Shown here one piece after another: positions 9,637-18,507 of a stretch of DNA of 32,000 nt. The position numbers and the translations under genes are program-made. Each line of letters starts with the position of its first letter. Position 1 is the first letter of the stretch. The notes under the pieces were generated by a model. The model ran no database searches. It saw only the letters and a program-made list of their open reading frames with translations, and was not told the DNA's origin. Origin of the DNA: Candidatus Heimdallarchaeota archaeon B3_Heim. Lineage in GTDB: Archaea; Asgardarchaeota; Heimdallarchaeia; Hodarchaeales; Hodarchaeaceae. The stretch lies in NCBI GenBank assembly GCA_003144275.1, contig NJBF01000003.1, positions 60,001-92,000 of the forward strand. Reading direction: 5' to 3'.

Positions 9637-11409
9637 TTATTCTACTTGAAAACCTTGCTGATCCTGATTAATTGCAGGAAAATCAGATACACTACCCTTT
9701 AACCAGAGTTTACCAGCCTGGAAGGTCTTTTCTACATTACGCTGGATATAAGCATCTAGTTTTGCAGCTCTGGCATCACTGAGGGATTTAATTCTGATGT
9801 TAGTCAAAATTTGCTGTATTTTGCTTAGAATATGACGCCGTTTTAATGCCTTGGCTTGAAACTCCAGGGCAGCTTCATTCTGACAAATTATGCCAACAAG
9901 ATTCGAATCATCGGTAGAAAACATTATTAAGATATTTCTTTGAGCTAATTGAGAATGAGTAAGCAGGAATTCCAGCGGATAAATACTCATTTCGATAGTA
10001 GGATCCTGTTGCAGTAGGATCATCCGTACAATATTAGCTCCGTGATCCGTAATATTTTTCAAATAATTTATAATCCATAAAGTTTGTTCCATTGTAAGAG
10101 AACTGGATTTAATGCCCAAATTTTTCATCCGCTTTGCTGTTATTGATTTAACGGTATCTAGAAGCATTTGTACTGAATCCTGATTTTTTAGCTGTTTTAA
10201 AAGTCCAACTGGGATGAAACTTTGTACTCTGAGTTCATCGGGCGTCTCTAAGAAATTGTACTCCTCCTGTAAATTATGGAGATACACTTCAATCCAAGCT
10301 GATAGAAGACTCTGGATATAGTCTTTACTGCGTTCTCCTTGATCTAATCGTCTTTCAATTCCTCTGATATCGATGCAACGCTGGATTGCATATGTATCAA
10401 TTGATTTTAGGTTTAAATCCTGACTGGTGACTAAGAAGTAGTTCATTGATCCCAAGACTTCTGGATACAAGTTAGTTTGCTCGCTCTCCTCATAATTATG
10501 GATGTAAAAAATCTTTTCAATGGGTCTTTCCCCGGATATTTTAATATTCACATAGAACTTTGCAAAAAGGAGATTATAAGTGTTGTCAGGTTGAAGAAGC
10601 GAAGTCCCCTTTTTTAATTCCTTATCTAAATCTGTATTGGGAACTATCTGATCATCATAAGCTATATCTAGAAATAAATCTTTAGATTCTACGTTGTAAA
10701 AAACCGAACAACCAAATTCATATGCTTTCCGACCAATATCACCAAAAGCTTCCAATTGTTGTAGATGATCCTTATCTTGGAGTTTTTGCTGAAAATATTC
10801 TTCGACAAATCGATAAATCACATAAAAACCTGCATCGAAGTAATATTCTGGTTTCATCACACTAACAGGATAATTTTTTAGGATATTTTCGAAGATAGGA
10901 TACGCAAATTGCCTATTTAACCCCCCACTTAATTCAGCCATTGCCCATCTTAGATCAAGTTGAGGAACAGTCTGCTCTAAAAATGAAAACAAGGGAACGG
11001 CATAAATATCCACGAGATTGGTAATAATAACTTTCTTTTTGACTAATAACCTAGCATATTGCACGAGATCCTTTTCTATTCGCTCAGCCCAATCATAAAT
11101 CAGAGCATAGAGCTTCACCAAAGATTCAAAATCGAGGGGTAGACGCCTCCGTGCCTCGATTAGATTTTCCAATACAAGTTTGACACGTGTATCGTCATCA
11201 ATAATTTTATCCCTAGAGATCCCGTCCTGTGTTGAATCCATCACATAATTTGCTAGGTAGAACGCTGAGACAGCAGTACCAATATCTGTCCCATATGTAG
11301 TTGCTAAGAGATCCAAAAGATCCCAATACATCTCCTTATATGTCCCGAAAATATCAAGGATTTTACGTCTACGAGCAAGAACCTCTTTTAGTTCACTAAT
11401 TAATGACAT
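9637..11409 (-). CDS. Hypothetical soluble protein (590 aa)
   Basis: Long uninterrupted ORF; GAGGTGA-type RBS upstream; no recognisable family motif. Confidence 0.85.
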   Translation of the reverse strand: MSLISELKEVLARRRKILDIFGTYKEMYWDLLDLLATTYGTDIGTAVSAFYLANYVMDSTQDGISRDKIIDDDTRVKLVLENLIEARRRLPLDFESLVKLYALIYDWAERIEKDLVQYARLLVKKKVIITNLVDIYAVPLFSFLEQTVPQLDLRWAMAELSGGLNRQFAYPIFENILKNYPVSVMKPEYYFDAGFYVIYRFVEEYFQQKLQDKDHLQQLEAFGDIGRKAYEFGCSVFYNVESKDLFLDIAYDDQIVPNTDLDKELKKGTSLLQPDNTYNLLFAKFYVNIKISGERPIEKIFYIHNYEESEQTNLYPEVLGSMNYFLVTSQDLNLKSIDTYAIQRCIDIRGIERRLDQGERSKDYIQSLLSAWIEVYLHNLQEEYNFLETPDELRVQSFIPVGLLKQLKNQDSVQMLLDTVKSITAKRMKNLGIKSSSLTMEQTLWIINYLKNITDHGANIVRMILLQQDPTIEMSIYPLEFLLTHSQLAQRNILIMFSTDDSNLVGIICQNEAALEFQAKALKRRHILSKIQQILTNIRIKSLSDARAAKLDAYIQRNVEKTFQAGKLWLKGSVSDFPAINQDQQGFQVE

Positions 11410-11884
11410 ACCAAAATTGACAGCGATAAAATCACCTCAAAGAAAGGGAAAGTATTATCAGCATAAATAAGGGTTATATGAAATATAGGTCTGATTGATT
11501 ATTAAGGGATTTATTTTATAGATAATTAGAGCTCAGATCTACTAAAGAAAAATTGTTTTGATACTTCTCAATGTCTATAAAGCTAGATTAAAATTGAGTA
11601 AAGAGCTATCACTCCAATTTAACAAATTTTCAAAAGAAAAGTTCTTCTCGATGTCATTGATCGTTGGTTATATGATTAAAATACCATGTAGTATTACATG
11701 GCAAATGAGTCTTTTCCTGTAACCACTGCGTATAATCTCTCCCGATTAGCGTTTGATATTCCTTTCCCTAGCGTTGGTAAGAGTAAATCCTCAAAAAGAA
11801 CATATTTATTAACCAAAAACTGAGTAGCGATACAAATCTCACAAAGAGTATTTTCAAATACCCTAAGTTAAGGTGAACATAAAA

Positions 11885-12552
11885 ATGAACCCGATTCCTA
11901 AGTCAGAGGTTGAAGAAATAGTTGCAGAGCTAAGTAAAAAAGCTATCAAACAGGAATCACGTTAAAAATTGTAGACGAGTCAAAATATAATGCAAATATA
12001 AATATTCAAACAAAAGAACTTCAAGTAGGTACAGGTTTCTTAGAGGAACTAACAAATCCGCAATTAAAAGGTTTGCTTGGACATGAATTTGGTCACGGAG
12101 GTCTTAAACAAGTAATTCCGTCAGATTTTCTTCTTACGACTCGTAAAAACAGAATAGCTCTATCTATTATATTTATTCTAGGTCACATCTTGGGATATTA
12201 TATTCTGGGTCTTACCCATTGGTATCTATTATACGTAGGGTTATTTGCAGTTTCTATAATACTGAATATCATTTTTAGTAGACTTGTTCGTATCATCAGT
12301 ATTAAAGATGAGTTGAATGCCGATTATATCTCAGCATTAAGTACCAGAAACCCCGATGCTCTGTTAAAAGCCACAGAACACCTTGAAACACCAAAATTAC
12401 AACGGATAATGCAAAAAACCAGAGGACTCAGAAAGATAAGAAACCTTAATGATTGGCTTGAGCTAAAATGGGGATTAATACAACTGAATGAACGAAAAAG
12501 GCAATTAGAGGGCTATATTTCATTTGAAAAATCACTTAAAAAGAGTCTTTGA
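11885..12552 (+). pseudogene. M48 (HtpX-like) zinc metalloprotease, frameshifted near the N-terminus
   Basis: The ATG-11885 frame gives MNPIPKSEVEEIVAELSKKA and stops at ~11965. The -1 frame continues TGITLKIVDESKYNANI...LKGLLGHEFGH (HExxH), two TM helices, then DELNADY (ExxAD). Confidence 0.8.
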
Positions 12553-13322
12553 TTGAAAATCTTCACCGTAAGGACTTGAATATGGAAGAAAAAGGGACAA
12601 TGGCATATAAAAAGAAAAATCGCTTATGGAAAGCATGGCAAGTATCCATTGCCTTGTTTACAATTTGTCTTATGTCATTTTCGCTCCTATTTTTTTTCCC
12701 GTCTAATCCTCTGATATTTTCAAAAGTAAATGCTAATTTAATGGAAATAGGTGAAAATCAACCACAGGTTATAACAAATGAGACAATAAGAGTCAATAAT
12801 GGAACATTCCTTCTTGTTACTAAAAATGGTGTGACCTATAAAAGTATTTTACCTTTAGATTATACGAATTTTAGTGATATTTCAGTTGATTTTGCTTTTT
12901 CTCAGAATTTTACAGTTTCTATATCGTTTTCTAAAGAATTCCCAGGGAAACACCAAGTATCCGAAAGAAAACTTGGTATGGCTACTTTACCAGTTACAAT
13001 TAATGCGTCAAATTTTGACAATTGGTCTATTAGTACCTCATATGCTCAAGCATGGTTTAAAAGGAGCTCAGTAGCATTCTATTATATAACTCCTAATGAA
13101 TTCATGCGATTACCAACTATATTTGGAGAGCTTCGAGAGTTTGTATCTCTTACACAATTTATGGGAAATGGGACATATGTTCTACTAGGAGAGTCTCGCA
13201 CTCCTACACCATTTTGGCAGTCTCAATGGTTATTTATTGGTGTTGGTTTATTTTGTGTTCAAATTCTTGTTATTCTATTCGTAATAAATCTTATTTACAA
13301 GAGCTTTTTTAAAGAAGAATGA
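12549..13322 (+). CDS. Membrane-anchored hypothetical protein (N- and C-terminal TM helices); true start may be ATG 12600
   Basis: Hydrophobic VSIALFTICLMSFSLLFFF and WLFIGVGLFCVQILVILFVINLIY flank an extracellular-type domain rich in N-x-S/T sites. Confidence 0.7.
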   Translation: MIENLHRKDLNMEEKGTMAYKKKNRLWKAWQVSIALFTICLMSFSLLFFFPSNPLIFSKVNANLMEIGENQPQVITNETIRVNNGTFLLVTKNGVTYKSILPLDYTNFSDISVDFAFSQNFTVSISFSKEFPGKHQVSERKLGMATLPVTINASNFDNWSISTSYAQAWFKRSSVAFYYITPNEFMRLPTIFGELREFVSLTQFMGNGTYVLLGESRTPTPFWQSQWLFIGVGLFCVQILVILFVINLIYKSFFKEE

Positions 13323-13468
13323 ATATAATCAAGCTAGACTTCAATATGTTCGATTAGAAGGATTAAAAGGTTGATAATTCTATTTGTCATCTTGAACTGG
13401 ACTCAAAGAATTTTTAGCTATTAGCAATATTGAAGTTAAGATTATAGCTATTATTGTGGTATCCGAGA

Positions 13469-13879
13469 TTACTGCATACCATTTTGATAGGTTTTGTATG
13501 ATACTGCACGATACCGTTTAAAAAATTCGTGACCAACGAGGGTTAGTCCACCCAATAAAAGCACTGGGGTAATAATCTCAGTTTTAGGTGTAATTATTCT
13601 ATTGATAATGCTCATGATGAGGAAAATTAGGCCAATCCCTATCAATAATCCCCCTAGCATGATGACCATTTTATTCGCGGACTGTGTCATGGGATCTTTC
13701 CCTGCCAGTTTCCTAGTTTCGAATTCTGTCCATAACCCATTAATAAGAACTAGAATCATCATTATCATCCCAAACCAATACTCTGTAAATTTCAATATCA
13801 CATAAGCTAGTATGAATATACTACTTACTATGAGTATTTCCCATTTATTATTAAACATCAGCACTTCTGATGCCACCAA
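13469..13879 (-). CDS. Hypothetical membrane protein
   Basis: 136 aa with about 4 hydrophobic helices. Confidence 0.65.
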   Translation of the reverse strand: MVASEVLMFNNKWEILIVSSIFILAYVILKFTEYWFGMIMMILVLINGLWTEFETRKLAGKDPMTQSANKMVIMLGGLLIGIGLIFLIMSIINRIITPKTEIITPVLLLGGLTLVGHEFFKRYRAVSYKTYQNGMQ

Positions 13880-14133
13880 TACTTATCTTCGATAAAATCT
13901 CAATTAAAAACTCACGTCGTTCATTCTAAAAAACTTTTACCCCAATCGTGAATAACTCAGCTATTCTCTAAGATGTTGACCATCCTTTACATATCATTTC
14001 AAAAACTGAGCTTCCTTCCTTCTTTTCACAAACAGCGAATTCTACTACTTAGACTCTCAATAATCCCTCGAATAACTTAATATAATGGTATCCCTTATAC
14101 TTCACTACTTCATTTATTCCAACCAATTATCAG

Positions 14134-14400
14134 GTGAAACACATGACTATTGGTGATTATTTCTTAGATTTAGGTCGAATTATTACTGGATTAAGCTTCG
14201 GTGTACTTCTAGGAAGTTTGGTAAAACATTTTACAGATCTTAGGATACTGATACCCAGATTATTTGATGAGTATAAACAAGAAGAGTTATCAGAAAATTT
14301 AACAAAACTAGACAAGAGTTTAGAAACCGGAGCGCGTAGAATCTTTTTCGCAGGACTTTTCTTGGCAATTGGACTCCTTTTGGTGGTGTTTTCCGAATGA
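14134..14400 (+). CDS. Small hypothetical membrane protein (2 TM)
   Basis: 88 aa with two hydrophobic segments; the region around the start reads CAGGTGAAACACATG. Confidence 0.6.
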   Translation: MKHMTIGDYFLDLGRIITGLSFGVLLGSLVKHFTDLRILIPRLFDEYKQEELSENLTKLDKSLETGARRIFFAGLFLAIGLLLVVFSE

Positions 14401-14652
14401 CCCTTGAATGTATTTAACGTACAAAACGCTTATTTCCCTCTGTTTACGGAATTTATGGTGTTCATTAAACCTCTTCTTCCTTTTTATTTTTGTTTACTCA
14501 ATCAAAGTGGAACTTATGAGTGAACTATACATTTTATTTTAAACACCTCAATTGCATTTAACCGAGTAACAACTGAATCAGCCAGGTTGAACGGCTTTTT
14601 GACAGATCTCATCATATAGAACGTGATAAATATCCAATAGAGTCGAGTTCAT

Positions 14653-15603
14653 TTATCTCTTCTGTTCTTTACGTACAAAAGCTGCTAGAATACCCAGGAT
14701 TAATGTCACAGCGATGAAACTGGGAAATGACCCTGTTTTTGTAGTAGTAGTAGTAGTACCACTAGTGGGTGTCGTAGTGGTTCCTGATAAAACAACGCTT
14801 ACCTCGTTGGAAACCTCACTTTCACCAATACTATTGATAGCGGTGACCACATAGTAGTAGGTATTACCTGCCAGAACTGTAGTATCTATATAACTCAATT
14901 CACTTGTAGTAGCAAGATTACTATACGAACCTCCACTGATAGAAGAACGATAAATGATATATTCTGTTATCGTATAGCCACTATCAGTTTGAGGGATGGT
15001 CCAAGTCAAAACTATTTGAGTCGTATCACTCGTTATACTCAGGTTCAGAGGAGGGCTAGGGGTGCCGGGAATAATCGTAACTTCATTTGATTCAGCACTC
15101 TCTCCTTTACTGTTCTCTGCAGTGACAAAATAGTAGTATCTATCACCATTAGTGACATTTGTATCGAAGTAACCAGTGGCAGAAGTATTTATTCCTATCA
15201 GACTATAGTTACTCGCATCGCTCGGAGAGCGGTACACATTATACCTGGTAATATTTAGGTCTCCATCATTTAAAGGGGAACTCCAATTTAATTTAACTGA
15301 TTCATTACCAGGAGTGACAATCAAATTTCGAGGAGGACTGGGAACACTATATTCGTTAAATATAGTTGATGAAAAACCCTGGGTACTAGCTACTGCTGTA
15401 AAATCGTCTGTATCACTATAAGCCCAAAAAAGAGAAATATTTGCTCCTACGGTGATGATCTTATCATATGATTGTACGACATTCGGGTTTGGAAAAGTGT
15501 TTTGATAGAAAAATGGAAATATGACTTGAGTTAAAATCGCAAACTTGTGTGTAAAAATACATGAAAAAAACAATAAAAAATCTGGAGAGTAAATCAGAAT
15601 CAA
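14653..15603 (-). CDS. Fibronectin type III cell-surface protein with Thr-rich linker and PGF-CTERM-like tail; 5' end probably truncated
   Basis: Two FN3 repeats (PSPPRNL...LNW...YNVYR...YYYFVTAENSKGES; PSPPLNL...LTW...YIIYR...YYYVVTAINSIGES), then TTTPTSGTTTTTTKT, GSFPSF, a TM helix and RKEQKR. Confidence 0.85.
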   Translation of the reverse strand: MILIYSPDFLLFFSCIFTHKFAILTQVIFPFFYQNTFPNPNVVQSYDKIITVGANISLFWAYSDTDDFTAVASTQGFSSTIFNEYSVPSPPRNLIVTPGNESVKLNWSSPLNDGDLNITRYNVYRSPSDASNYSLIGINTSATGYFDTNVTNGDRYYYFVTAENSKGESAESNEVTIIPGTPSPPLNLSITSDTTQIVLTWTIPQTDSGYTITEYIIYRSSISGGSYSNLATTSELSYIDTTVLAGNTYYYVVTAINSIGESEVSNEVSVVLSGTTTTPTSGTTTTTTKTGSFPSFIAVTLILGILAAFVRKEQKR

Positions 15604-15752
15604 ATCTGATTAGACTTCGAAGAAGAACAAAACCTGAACAGAATGAAGATAAAAGCGTTAGAAATTATATCACAATAGCTGCAAGTGAATTGCAGTCAGT
15701 AATAAATGGATTAAAGAATTATGTGGAAAAGAAAAAAAATATCAGATCATAA
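15561..15752 (+). CDS. Possible small charged hypothetical protein
   Basis: 63-aa K/E/R-rich ORF overlapping the doubtful 5' end of the FN3 ORF. Confidence 0.3.
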   Translation: MKKTIKNLESKSESNLIRLRRRTKPEQNEDKSVRNYITIAASELQSVINGLKNYVEKKKNIRS

Positions 15753-15849
15753 TTTCACGCCCTCCTTTCCACATCATTTTTCCTTTGGTTTTTCTGACCT
15801 AGAAGTGTGCTGCTAAAGTAATCACCTGAAGATTAATAAGTATAGATAG

Positions 15850-17152
15850 CATGGTTTCAACAAATTAAACTACTAAAAATCCCGATTCTTAGGCGACCCA
15901 TAAGCATTAAAGGATAAATATTTGCTGAAATTTCGAAAGAAAATGACAGCCAAATACTTATCCGTTAGAACTTACATTCACGATTGCTTTAAAAACTTTC
16001 CTTGGGCCTCCCAACGCCAATTTGAGACCATTTGGCAGTATGTTGATCATTTACTGGCAGGGCGTGGTTTTGGAAGACAAGCGTTACTAAGGACAGGATT
16101 GACCGAGATGACGGATCGAATGATCCAATACCACCTCTGTCATCTCGCCTACTATCTTCACTGCTTTAAACAGACTCAACAGCGGCATTTCACGAAAGTT
16201 GATCGTCGACGGATCCATCAACTGGCGTTTGACGACGTAGGGAACTCGAGAGCGGGCCAAAAAGTCTTTGCCAGTAGTTATTACTATAATCATGCTCAAA
16301 GTAGTGTGGATTGGGGCCAAGTCTTGGTCGATACCGCCATTGTCACCAAACGAGTAGTAGACGTGGATTATCGTCCGTATCTCCCCCAACCTTATCTCGA
16401 TCGAGTGCAACAGCCCCAGACTGAGTTTTACACAAAAAATCAGATCGCCCAAGAGTTATTCAACATCCATTTAGAGCGACTCATACAGCAGGGAGTTCCT
16501 TTGTCTAAAATATGGGCTTCCTTTGATTGTTAGTATGCTTCGGAACAATTAACCACGAGGGTTCGGCAATCAGGCGTGAAATTATTACAAGGATTGAAAA
16601 AAAACACTTACTGCAACCTGTTTGGGCAGTTGAAAAGACTCGATGAGGTCTTCACTCCGACTGATCCGTGGCACTATCGGACTAAACGTCATTCCGGGAA
16701 AAAAGTCTGGTTTCAGGCTAAAATTCTCAATCTGAATCGCCACGGGCGTTGTAAGGTGTTTGCGATCCGGAGAGGGCAGGATCCCCGCATTCGCTATTAC
16801 ACGACGACCGATTTGAAATGTTCGATTGAGCGGTTGTTACCACGGCTACGAGCCCATTGGCAAGTCGAAACGATGCACCATGACCTCAAGCAATATTTTA
16901 GCTTCCGCGGGTGTTTTTCTGGAAAGGAGATTTTGAACCAGCTCCATTGGCAAGTCTGTTATTTGTTATATTGGGTATTTCGCCAATATCAATGGTACCA
17001 ACGGCAGCAAGGAGTTCCTATCACGATTCCGCAGTTAATAGCTCTGTATCAGTATCAATACGATGAAAATCGTGCTAATGTCTGCTTTAGCAGTCCAACG
17101 CGAAGAGTTCGTTCTAAAAAGGCGTTACTGGGAGGGCTATGTTAAAACCCTG
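15850..17152 (+). mobile_element. IS701-family-like insertion sequence (1303 bp) with imperfect 13-bp TIRs and 4-bp ATAG target duplication
   Basis: Left TIR catggtttcaaca (15850-15862) and right TIR tgttaaaaccctg (17140-17152) agree at 11/13. ATAG lies at 15846-15849 and 17153-17156. The interior is visibly more GC-rich than the flanks. Confidence 0.88.
15922..17145 (+). pseudogene. IS701-like DDE transposase with a single in-frame amber stop (16531-16533)
   Basis: ORFs 15922-16533 and 16576-17145 are in frame. Motifs: LAFDD, YRPYLP, FYTKNQIA, SFDC*YAS (W expected) and RAHWQVETMHHDLKQ. Confidence 0.9.
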
Positions 17153-17190
17153 ATAGAATAGATAAAGTCTAAAGAAAGAGAGAGTTAAAT

Positions 17191-17565
17191 ATGATCAAAA
17201 GCAAGTACATCAAGTCAAAATTTCAAATTCAGATGAATTTCGTTTTCTTGGGGCTTATTATTTGGTATTTTATGGTTGTTACGCTTATATTTGTCTTGGG
17301 TTTTCCTTCTATGGGTGTGCAGGAACTTTTTACTATTGAGGAAAATCAAATCATTTTAGGAGGAGTATTGCAGCTCCTCCTCTTTTCCCTTCTCTGGCCT
17401 CTAATTTATGGCTTTTTCTATTCTGTCGGTTGGTTTTTTTTGGGAAGTGGAATTGTTGGAACTACTTCTAACTTGATTTTATTAGGAGCATTACTCATTT
17501 CAGGTTTATTATCTTTGACATCGTCATATATTCTTTTTCGGAAAATCAACAGATCTTTCCTTTAA
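17191..17565 (+). CDS. Hypothetical membrane protein
   Basis: 124 aa, 3-4 hydrophobic helices. Confidence 0.6.
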   Translation: MIKSKYIKSKFQIQMNFVFLGLIIWYFMVVTLIFVLGFPSMGVQELFTIEENQIILGGVLQLLLFSLLWPLIYGFFYSVGWFFLGSGIVGTTSNLILLGALLISGLLSLTSSYILFRKINRSFL

Positions 17566-18010
17566 CGTATTTTCTAGGGATTTCTATAATCTTATTCATA
17601 TTGGCAGTTTATTATTTTCAGCCTATGGATTTAGATTGATACAAACTACCAGTTTGCTTGGAAGGATGATATGAAAAAACTAAAAGTATATGTTATCGAT
17701 ATCGATCAATTAGATAATATTCCACAGTTCAGGGAATTTCACCCATCTCTTATCCTTAAAATTAGTTTGTTGTAGTATATAGTTTGCCTCATTGTATAAA
17801 TTCTTAGAAATGTGAGTTAATCTTTTTAACGTCGAATTATGTTTTAACCATATTCTCTCTGTTCGTATCACTTCTACAGAATCGACCATTTACACTCGAT
17901 GAGATAATTATTTTCATTTTAATTAAAACATGAATTGTTCCGATTTTCCTTTTTCGATAGTCTTCCATTCTGTATTTAGATATTAGCTTTTCTTTTTTAA
18001 GTATAAATAG

Positions 18011-18050
18011 AAAATGAGAATCAATATTTGTCTGACAAATTTAATCATGT
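18011..18050. repeat. Copy 2 of the 40-bp dispersed repeat, palindrome ATTTGTC-T-GACAAAT at 18026-18040
   Basis: 35/40 identical to 2940-2979; lies ~70 bp upstream of the roadblock gene. Confidence 0.8.
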
Positions 18051-18118
18051 ATCATTATGTCAGAAAATTTTAATAAGATGTGTATTTACCTTCTCGAAGA
18101 GATGTTTGAGGTCTTGTT

Positions 18119-18502
18119 TTGAACCAATCAACTGAAGGTTTCCATTCGCTTTTGCATGAAGTTTTCGAACAGAATTCACAAGTTCTAATGATTTCTCTAA
18201 CGACTCCTGAAGGATTACCTATAGTTCTTCTTTCTCGGGAAGATTCAGGTATTGAAGAGATTACTGATATGAGTATTACTAATCGGTATGCCGCCCTTGT
18301 TGGAGCAAGTACATCCTTAGGTGATCGTACATTGTCCACCTTAAGTCAGGAAACTGTCCGATTAATACATGTCCAAGGAGAATCTCGAGACATTGCGATT
18401 TCAATGGCTGAAAAGGTAATCACTCTTGTAATTACTGAACCTAGTGGAAGCGCCAACCTCTTGGCGGAAAAGCTTGCCAACGCTCTAAAAATATATATGT
18501 AA
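18119..18502 (+). CDS. Roadblock/LC7 (MglB/LAMTOR-like) domain protein
   Basis: 127 aa with the roadblock pattern LMISLTTPEGLPI...RYAALVGASTSLGDRTLSTLSQETVRLIHVQGES. Confidence 0.85.
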   Translation: MNQSTEGFHSLLHEVFEQNSQVLMISLTTPEGLPIVLLSREDSGIEEITDMSITNRYAALVGASTSLGDRTLSTLSQETVRLIHVQGESRDIAISMAEKVITLVITEPSGSANLLAEKLANALKIYM

Positions 18503-18507
18503 ATTCG

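Noticed and set aside
11930-11970. Programmed -1 frameshift at TAAAAAAG in the M48 gene
   Set aside because: The register is not X_XXY_YYZ and no downstream stimulatory structure is obvious; mutation or a homopolymer error is simpler.
14741-14780. (GTA)n short tandem repeat
   Set aside because: It simply encodes the poly-Thr linker of the FN3 protein.
6406-16533. Stop-codon reassignment or pyrrolysine readthrough explaining in-frame stops (6406 TAA, 7974 TAA, 16531 TAG)
   Set aside because: The expected residues differ (Leu, Tyr, Trp), each is one substitution from a sense codon, and intact genes use TAA and TAG as normal stops.
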